Positions 36,439-46,400 of a stretch of 64,000 nt of DNA are shown piece after piece. The stretch comes from Macrostomum hystrix (taxonomy: Eukaryota; Animalia; Platyhelminthes), in the NCBI GenBank assembly GCA_950097015.1, contig CATNEN010000024.1:3286001-3350000 (forward strand), written 5' to 3'. Position 1 is the first letter of the stretch. Each line of letters starts with the position of its first letter. A model generated the notes under the pieces. The model made no database searches, was not told the DNA's origin, and saw only the letters and a list, made by a program, of their open reading frames with translations. The position numbers were made by a program, and so were the translations under genes.

Positions 36439-37124
36439 CCTTTTCAAGTACTTCATTAACTGCTAAGTAAAATCAATCATGTGTTCTATTTTTAAACCGT
36501 GTAGACAAAAATAATTTGTTTTTTGGAAGAAAAATTTTTTCTGGGGACAGTTTAAATAATGCAAATACTGCAGATATGCATTAATCTGTAACTAAAAAAG
36601 CATGGAAGACAAAATAGGGCATCAATTAATCGAGGCCTTACTGGAATTACTGTGACACAGACAAACAACACAAAAATAATGGGGCTAAAAAACATTAAGC
36701 AATAATGACAACAAAAGAGGCGACACATAATTGATAAAAATTGAGCGAATTTTCAAGGGTTAAAAAACAGCGCCCATGGTGCAGAAAAACTTTAAGTGCG
36801 GCGCATTTTCAAAGTCAGACGAAAAGAGTGGAATCATGATAGGAAATAACTTTGAAGCAGGGAGACAAACATGATATTTTTGCCTGCTGATTCATCAGGC
36901 GCAATGGACACGCATTGTAGTCCACGGAAAGAAATGTGGCATAAAATAATAGTACATTTGAGCCAGGAGTACGGTATTGTTTTAGTATACTTCATTTGCA
37001 ATAGAACTACTCATCAAAAAAGCAAAATACGAGCGTAGTTTGATTTGCTTTTTCAACAGAATGTTTCCCTGCAGTGGAAAGAAGAGGGTTTTTTTAAAAA
37101 GAGAGGAGTGGAAAGTGGGTACCC

Positions 37125-37330
37125 ACGGGGAGTGAGGTGGGTTGTTTAGAAAAAGAAGCACAAATTTCTACCCGCTGGGAGTGAGGTGGGTTGTTTAGAA
37201 ATAGAAGCACAAACTTCAACCCGCGGGGAGTGAGGTGGGTTGTTTAGAAATAGAAGCACAAACTTCTACCCGCGGGGAGTGAGGTGGGCTGTTTAGAAAT
37301 AGAAGCACTAACTTCTATCCGCGGGGGTGA
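37125..37330. repeat. 49-bp repeat downstream of the GLDC stop codon
   Basis: Unit GGGGAGTGAGGTGGGTTGTTTAGAAATAGAAGCACAAACTTCTACCCGC, about 4 copies. Confidence 0.93.
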
Positions 37331-37488
37331 GCAGGATGGTTCGGAAATAAAGCCCACACACTTCTAGCAGTGAGAAGTGAGATAGATGTATGAATAAAAA
37401 TCTAAAGCCTTTTATCGGCCTAGATAGTCGCAGCCAATCAGCGCGCATGAAGAGAATGTGTATAAAAACGCACTTTTCCGCTCGAGTG

Positions 37489-40400
37489 TCACTTGTAGGC
37501 GCTGACTGGCGGGCAGGAGCAGACCAGATGCATGTCGCCGTATTTGTCATCGATGCGAGAGCAGGAAGGCCAGAATTTGTTGTCTGGACGGACGAATGGC
37601 GCCGGGAAGGCGGCCAGTTCTCGAGTGTACGGGTGCGGCCAATGGCTGGCGCAGATCACGGACTGTGGATGGGGTGCATTTCTCAGCGGGTTGTCGTCTT
37701 TGGGCAGCTTGCCATTAACGACGTCATCAATTTCGGCCCGGATGCGGATCAGGGCCTCAACCAGGCGGTCGCATTCCTCACGGCTCTCGGATTCGGTCGG
37801 CTCAATCATCAGCGCGTTTTCAACTGGCCAGGACATGGTCGGACTGTGAAAGCCGTAGTCCATGAGGCGTTTGGCGACGTCAACAGCTTGGATGCCGGAT
37901 TTGCGGAATTCATTCATTGAAATGATAAACTCGTGCGCGCAGAAGCCCGCTTCGTTGCGGTACTCAACCTGGCAAAGGGATATTTCGAGTTTGGGAATTA
38001 AAAAATTTGAGTTCCCAGAAGCTGGGATTTCAGCTTCAGAGTCGAGATTTACTTGTTTTTGTCTATGGTCTTTCCGTATTCGGATGATTTGGCCGTAGAC
38101 AACCATACTTATTTTCATTAAATTTTTCCTAAACAAATTTCTTAACCAGCAGACTTCAGACTCTGAAAGAGGTCGCATTCGGCATAGCGATCAGCAGCCA
38201 ACCTTATAGTGCTTCTCCAATCGCTTCATCATGTAGTTGGCATTCAGGATAGCCACCTCGGATGCCTGGCGCAGGCCCTCGGGTCCCAACATGCGCACGT
38301 AGGCCCAAGGAATCGGCAGGATTGAAGCTGAGCCGTAGGGAGCCGCAGATACTGGCATTGTGGGCAGGTGAGCTAGGTTGCTATGCAGCGAGTGGCCGGG
38401 TAGGAACGGAGCCAGGTGTTTCTTGACACCGATGGGTCCCATGCCGGGGCCGCCGCCGCCGTGCGGAATGGCGAAGGTTTTGTGCAGATTCAGATGGGAG
38501 ACATCGGCGCCGTAGTCGCCGGGACGGCACAGGCCAACCTGGGCGTTCATATTGGCGCCTGGCAGGTAGAAGAGATTGTTTGGCAATCTAGAGCTCATGA
38601 CAATATGCATTAAAAAGCGTTTAGAAATATTTAATTTATAGAAATCGAGAACTAACTTATTTTATTATTAGTCGTATTTATACTTGCTTCTTATGCAACA
38701 AATAGGAGACACGGTGTTTATGTCAGCGATCGGAAGAAAACACAAAAATGCCAGTGTCTACGAGTGAATTTTCACCTTTAAAATATAACCAGACACACAG
38801 ACAGACGCACAGACAGACACAGACAGACACACAGACAGACGCACAGACTGACACAGACAGACGCACAGACTGACACAGACAGACGCACAGACTGACACAG
38901 ACAGAGGCACAGACTGACACAGACAGACGCACGGACAGACCGCACAGCTGAGCTCACCGTCCAGGTAGACCTGGCCGCCGGCCGAGTGCACCACATCGCA
39001 GATTTCACGAATCTCGGGGTCGAACACGCCGTAGGTGCTGGGATAGGTGACCATGATGGCGCCAATCTGATCGCCCAGCCGTTCGGTCAGGTCCAGCAGG
39101 TGGCGCATGTCGATGCTGCCGGTGCGGGTGACATTCACGGCCTCCACCCGCATGCCGGCCATGTGGGCCGAGGCCGGGTTGGTGCCGTGGGCTGACATCG
39201 GGATTAGGCAGATCTTGCGATGACTCTGCCCGATGCTGGCCAGGTAGTGCACGATGGTGCGCAGGCCGGCATACTCGCCCTGGGCAGTGGGCGATTGTGA
39301 TTTTACCAGCATTTTACAATACAGCTTTGGACTCTTTCACGAGATGTCTGAAGTTCGAATCTCAGCCAAAGGGAAACGATTTGCATTTTGAGAAAGGCAC
39401 ATGCACAGGCACACACTCACACAGGTGTGTACATCTGCCATGACTCTCTCATCGTCAGGCAGTGTACACTTCACTGTGCCTTGGTGGTTGGCCCCCAAGG
39501 GCTTAAATTGCACGACAAGCCCCCAAGCCTTCTCTTCGCGGCTGCGCTCCAAATTAATGTGCGAGAGGCAAACGCGTTAGACCGCTCTGCCACTGAACCC
39601 CCGCAAGATGTTAGACGCTAGATAAATTCTTCCGTTCACGCAGCGCCTGGATATTTCGGGTACCCCTGTCCATGGACTGAACAGCTGTACGCAGCCTTTA
39701 GATGCAACAGCTGCGGCCGTGCACTTGTTGTCTGTAAACCTGTCTTACGTCTAATCTGTCTTATCTGTCTTATCTGTCTCACCTGTCTCACCCGTCTCAC
39801 ATGTATCACGTGACTAATCTGTCCCACCTGTCTCACCTGTCCAACCTGTCTCACCTGTCCAACCTGTCTCACCTGTCTCACCTGTCTCATCTGTCTCTAT
39901 TAACGAATGAACTTATAGTAGCTCCAAAAAGCTACTATTACTATCGCACTACTGAAAGTAGCAATAAGTGAATTAAATCGTTGATTCGCACCTGTGCACC
40001 GGAATTCGGCTGCAGCGACACAGCGTCGAAGCCGGTGATCTCGGCTAGCTGCGCCTCCAGCTGCTTGAACAGCGCCCTGTAGCCGCCAGCCTGCTCAGCC
40101 GGAGCAAACGGATGCAGCTGGGCGAACTCAGGCCAGCTGACCGGCACCAGCTCCGTGGTGGCATTGAGTTTCATAGTGCAGCTGCCCAGCGGAATCATTG
40201 AGTGCACCAGCGACAGGTCGCGATTCTCCAATCGTTTCAGGAATCGAACCATGGCTGTCTCGGTGCGATAGGAGTTAAACACCGAATGAGTTAAGTACTC
40301 AGATTGGCGCGCGTGAGGCGAGGCTAGCAATCCTCCGTCTGCAGACAGTTCCTCTGCGAGCTCCGCCATAGTCCGCTTACAGCCCAGGACTCGTAGCAGA

Positions 40401-43400
40401 TCGTCGACATCCGACTCCAAGACAGTCTCGTCTAGGGCGATGCCAAACGTGGATCGATCGTCGTAGAAGCGAAGGTTGATGCGGGCGGAAGCGGCGCGTG
40501 ACCGGATTTCCTCCATGGGCTCCGTCGGGCGGAGGCGAAGCGTGTCAAAGTACAATCCGGTTGGGTTCACCAACTCGCAGCCGGCCTCCGCAGCGCCTGG
40601 GGAGTCGCGAATTGGTATACATTGTGATGATCTCATAGAGATTGTGTAGATCTCATAGAGATTGTGTAGATCTCATAGAGATTGTGTAGATCTTATAGAG
40701 ATTGTGTAGATCTTATAGAGAATGTGAACATCTTAAAGTGATTGTGTAGATCTTATAGAGGCTGGGTAGATCTAATAGAGGCTGTGTAGATCTTATAGAG
40801 GCTGTGTAGATCTTATAGAGGCTGTGTAGATCTTATAGAGGCTGTGTAGATCTAATAGTGATTGTGTAGATGTTATAGAGATTGTGTAGATCTCAGAGAG
40901 ATTGTGTAGATCTTATAGAGATTGTGTAGATCTTATAGAGAATGTGAACATCTTAAAGTGATTGTGTAGATCTTATAGAGGCTGGGTAGATCTAATAGAG
41001 GCTGTGTAGATCTTATAGAGGCTGTGTAGATCTTATAGAGGCTGTGTAGATCTTATAGAGGCTGTGTAGATCTAATAGTGATTGTGTAGATGTTATAGAG
41101 ATTGTGTAGATCTCAGAGAGACTTTAAAGATCTTCAGGAAATTGTGCAGAGACTTTTTGTTCCGATTGTACTGGGTGTGAATATAAGCGATTGTGCTAAT
41201 CGAAAATGATCTAGATTATAGATTTTGTTTTTTTAGATATTGTGTGGTTTGGAGATTATTGATTCTTGATTATCGACTTTTTTGCGTGACAGCATTATCA
41301 AAATTTAGTGGATTTTGCTTATAACGCAATGTTGCTATTTATACTCGTAGGTCTCAGAATTCCTCGCGTGGGAAATCCATAATTCCTTCTCAGCCTAGCA
41401 ACTATAGTTGATGTTAAATGTTTGAACTTCTGGAAGCTAAATTGTTTTCCAACTTCAAAAGCCGTCAAAAAATGGACAGCTTGCAAAAGTTTCCAGAGTC
41501 AATGATTTTCCAGGCAGTGGAAATTTCCATAGAGCAGCCAACCACCCCACGCCCCCAGCCCAGGGACCGACTTTCTAACGGAAATATTTACACACTAAAC
41601 ACTAAACAGCCTGAGATAAGGAAGGCGGGCTTAAAGGCTGAAAGTCGGTCCCACCTGAATGATAATTAGGCCACGAGACGGTTAGATAATCAACGCGCGG
41701 ACCGAACGGTCTCGTGCTAAGATTAGATGCTACGAGTGTTTATATATGTAACATTAATTGAACTTTCAATGTAGGAGAATCCCAAATTATAATTGGTAAA
41801 AAATATGTTAAGCTTAGGTGTAAATGGAAATTTTTCACGATGTACCCATAATTGAGCAATTTTTGCGAATTTCAATGGCGAATTTCTTTAAGTGTTTTTA
41901 GTTATGTTTGTAAGATTGAGAACAAAACAGAGAAGGTGAGAGTTAATAAAGAGACTGGAGTTAATAGAGAGATGGCGAGAGTTAATAGAGAGACGGTGAG
42001 AGCTAAGGAGTGACGGCGAGAGTTAACAGAGAGACTGTGAGAGCTAAGGAGTGACGGCGAGAGTTAACAGAGAGACTGTGAGAGCTAAGGAGTGACGGCG
42101 AGACAGCGAAAGCCAGGTAGCAGCGATGGCCTGACTCACCCTTGGCCAGCACCCTGGTGAAGTTGTGCACGCGTTGGCCAATGCGCCGGAGGCCCTTGGG
42201 TCCGTGGTAGACGGCGAACATGGCGGACATGTTAGCCAGCAGTGCCTGGGCTGTGCACACATTCGAAGTGGCCTTGTCGCGTCTGATGTGCTGCTCGCGA
42301 GTCTGCAGCGCAAGTCGGTAGGCTATGTTGCCATGCCGGTCTCTGGGCAAATGTGCGGGCGAATTCGGCATGTTTTCAGGCTTTTAAAAGGTCGGAGATC
42401 GGACCAGACTAGTCAACAGGATAGGCAACAGGATAGTCAACAGGGTAGGCAACAGGGTGGGCAAGCAACAGGGTGGGCAACAGGGTGGGCAACAGGGTAG
42501 GCAACAGGATGGGCAACAGGGTAGGCAAGCAACAGGATAGGCAACAGGGTAGGCAACAGGATAGGCAACAGGATAGGCAACAGGGTGGGCAACAGGGTAG
42601 GCAACAGGGTAGGCAACAGGGTAGGCAACAATATAGGCAACAGGGTGGGCAACAGGGTGGGCAACAGGGTGGGCAACAGGGTGGGCAACAGGGTAGGCAA
42701 CAGGGTGGGCAACAGGGTAGGCAACAATATAGGCAACAGGATAGGCAACAGGGTGGGCAACAGGGTAGGCAACAGGGTAGGCAACAATATAGGCAACAGG
42801 GTAGGCAACAGGGTGGGCAACAGGGTGGGCAACAGGGTGGGCAACAGGGTAGGCAACAGGGTGGGCAACAGGGTAGGCAACAGGGTAGGCAACAATATAG
42901 GCAACAAGGTAGGCAACAGGGTAGGCAACAGGGTGGGCAACAGGGTGGGCAACAGGGTGGGCAACAGGGTGGGCAACAGGGTAGGCAACAGGGTAGGCAA
43001 CAGGGTAGGCAACAATATAGGCAACAGGGTAGGCAACAGGGTGGGCAACAGGGTAGGCAACAGGGTAGGCAACAATATAGGCAACAGGGTAGGCAACAGG
43101 GTAGACAGTAGGGCAGTCTAGCTATTTGAAAATAAGGTAAGCAACAGGGTAGGCAACAAGGTGGGCAACATGGTAGGTAAGAGAGTAGAAAGTAGGGCAG
43201 TCTAGCTGTTTGAAAATAAGGTTTACAGTATGGTAGATGGTAGTGTAAACTGTAGGGTGGAGAATTGAATAAACAGTAGTGAAGACATCAGGGTAGACAG
43301 CAGGTTGATAGTAGCGTGGACAACAGGGTAGACAATTTGGTGTATAGCTGTGGAGATATTAACCCTGATGAAGGCAGTGAGACGTATCTTTTTATTTTTT

Positions 43401-46400
43401 ATCTATTAGTAACGAGAAAATTGATTTCTTACTACTTAAAGTAGGGGAAATCTGCTTCAAAGTTAGCGTTCTCTATTTTGTATAAAAAAATGGGCAAAGA
43501 ATAGAAGTGACAAAACGGCAAAATGAAAAACCCAAAAAGGTCACAATAGTGTAAGTGAAGAGGTTCAAATTAAACTATCTTAGGCGATAAACAATGAAGT
43601 ACTTGATGCTGAAAAGTGATGATATCTTATATAATAAAAATACAAGGATATACTCAAGCTGAGCTAGAATAAAAGCACTGTAAGCACTACTTCAGCATCA
43701 GCTTCAGTAATCTACGAGTAGAGTAGATTATAGTAGAGTAGAGTAGAGTAGAGTAGAGTAGAGTAGAATAGAGTAGAGTAGAGTAGAGTAGAGTAGAGTA
43801 GAGTAGAGTAGAGTAGAGTAGAGTAGAGTAGAGTAGAGTAGAGTAGAGTAGAGTAGAGTAGAGTAGAGTGGAGTGGAGTGGAGTGGAGTGGAGTGGAGTG
43901 GAGTGGAGTGGAGTGGAGTGGAGTGGAGTGGAGTGGAGTGGAGTGGAGTGGAGTGGAGTGGAGTGGAGTGGAGTGGAGTGGAGTGGAGTGGAGTGGAGTG
44001 GAGTGGAGTGGAGTGGAGTGGAGTGGAGTGGAGTGGAGTGGAGTGGAGTGGAGTGGAGTGGAGTGGAGTGGAGTGGAGTGGAGTGGAGTGGAGTGGAGTG
44101 GAGTGGAGTGGAGTGGAGTGGAGTGGAGTGGAGTGGAGTGGAGTGGAGTGGAGTGGAGTGGAGTGGAGTGGAGTGGAGTGGAGTGGAGTGGAGTGGAGTG
44201 GAGTGGAGTGGAGTGGAGTGGAGTGGAGTGGAGTGGAGTGGAGTGGAGAAGAGGAAAGAGACAAGCAGTTTGATCCTACAAGCTAAATTGCTCAACTATT
44301 TATTACCTGATGAGCTCACAAGTTTCATCAAAATATCTAATATCAAGAGAGTGCAAGCAAACTTCAATGTCACCGTGGACTAGAAATTTCCAGATCTTGT
44401 GTGTTGAGAGGTTAGAATTCGTCTTTTACATAGTAGCTTGTCCCTTTTATCTAGTTTTTTATTCTTTTTATTATACTTATTCCAAACCCGCGTTAGCGAG
44501 CTCTTGGCCAGTAAAAGGTGTGCTTTAGTGCTCTTTGCGGTTCTGCTTAAACTCTGCATAGTTTTGTCTGCGCTCAAAAGCAAAGTTTGCTCACAGATTG
44601 AGAATAAACTCTGACACTAGTTAATTTCAGAACAATATATAGCGCTTCGATTGATTGAAATAAACAAAAGTTCAGATTGCATTAGTCGATTTCTATCGTG
44701 TCTAAAATATGGCTTGCTCTAAACTTAAAGTACATTAGGGTCATTTAAACAAAAACATGATTAATAGCTACACTAATTCATTGATCAGCGATGAAACGAT
44801 CAATGATCGTTAGATTTTTCAGATGCGACACAACACCTCAGTGTGTCTACTAATAGTAATCTAGAACTATCTATTTCTTTCATAAACTCCGCTCCCTCCT
44901 GCATCGGCCAGTCACGTGACAATTACTTGGTTATTATTCAAATTTTGTTGATCTTATGAGGCTGCATATAGATCTTATAGAGATTGTGTACATCTTCTTG
45001 AGAGAGTTCAGATTGTGGAGTCACGTGACACTCACTTGGTCACGCCCACCATGCGGCCGGGCATGTGTCTGATGAATTCTTTGCGAGCGGCGAAGAAGGC
45101 AGCGTGTGGCCCGCCGTAGCCAAGCGGCACCCCGAAGCGCTGGCTCGAGCCAAGGACCACGTCGGCGCCCAGCTCGCCAGGCGGAGTCAGCAGAGTCAGC
45201 GCCAGGAGGTCGGTGGCGACGCAGACCACGGTCTGGACGGAGGAGCAGAGAGGTGAATGTCAGAAAATCGTGGATTGCTAATCTACGCCATCGGAGAAGG
45301 AATATAATGAATTGCTAGTCTATGCTATGGTGAAGAAATAGTGTGGATTGCTAGTCTATCCCATGAGTGAAGGAATAGAATGGGTTGGTAATCTATCCCA
45401 TGAGTGAAGGAATAGAATGGGTTGGTAATCTATCCCATGAGTGAAGGAATAGAATGGGTTGGTAATCTATCCCATGAGTGAAGGAATAGAATGGGTTGGT
45501 AATCTATTCCATGAGTGAAGGAATAGAATGGGTTGGTAATCTATTCCATGCGTTAAGGAATGGAATGGATTGCTAATCTATGCCATGGATTAAGGAATAG
45601 AATGGATTGCTAATCTATGCCATGGATTAAGGAATAGAATGGATTGCTAATCTATCCCATGGATGGAGGAATAGAATGGATTGCTAATCTACGCCATGGA
45701 TGAAGGAATAGAATGGATTGCTAATCTATGCCATGGATTAAGGAATAGAATGGATTGCTAATCTACGCCATGGATGAAGGAATAGAATGGATTGCTAATC
45801 TATGCCATGGATTAAGGAATAGAATGGATTGCTAATCTCTAGCCCATAGAAAATGGGATTGAATTGGAACAGGCAGGCTGTTAGTCTCTGATGTGTGGCA
45901 GTCCGCAGCCCACCTTCTTCTGCTTGGCGGCTTCCACAACCTGGGCCAGGTTGGTCCGGATGCAGCCGTCAGTGTCCGGATACTGCACCAGAATGCCACA
46001 GGCTTCGCGCATATCCAAATCTGGCGTGATGTCGACAATGTTCACCTTGATGCCGAAGCACCTGGATGTTCAAGATAATTATACGAAGCTTACTATATGT
46101 CCCAGATCCCATAAAAACCATATCTGTGTTAAATCATAAGCCGAAAAAAACTGTCTTACTCGGCCCGTCCTTGTACAACGGCAATGGTCTGCGGATGGCA
46201 CTTGCAATCAACTAGGAATGACTTTCGTTTGTTTTGCCTGAAATTTAATTCAAATAATGGGTTTCGAATTTTTTGCTGGTAATGGCATTACCTGCAACAC
46301 AGAAGCTCGGGTGAGTGCCAGAGCGGTCTAACGCGTCTGCCTCTCGCACCAAGGTCCCTGGGCTCGATTCCGCGGCGAGGCCACACTCATTTAGGGCGCA

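Noticed and set aside
32605-36459. Duplicated peptide MHHAYELISL...TILSILTVQSMTL as a gene pair
   Set aside because: It is a by-product of the inverted arms of the foldback structure and matches no family I recognise.
42437-44383. QQGR, GNRV, VEWSG and STPLH repeat ORFs
   Set aside because: They are mini- and microsatellite translations inside GLDC intron 7.
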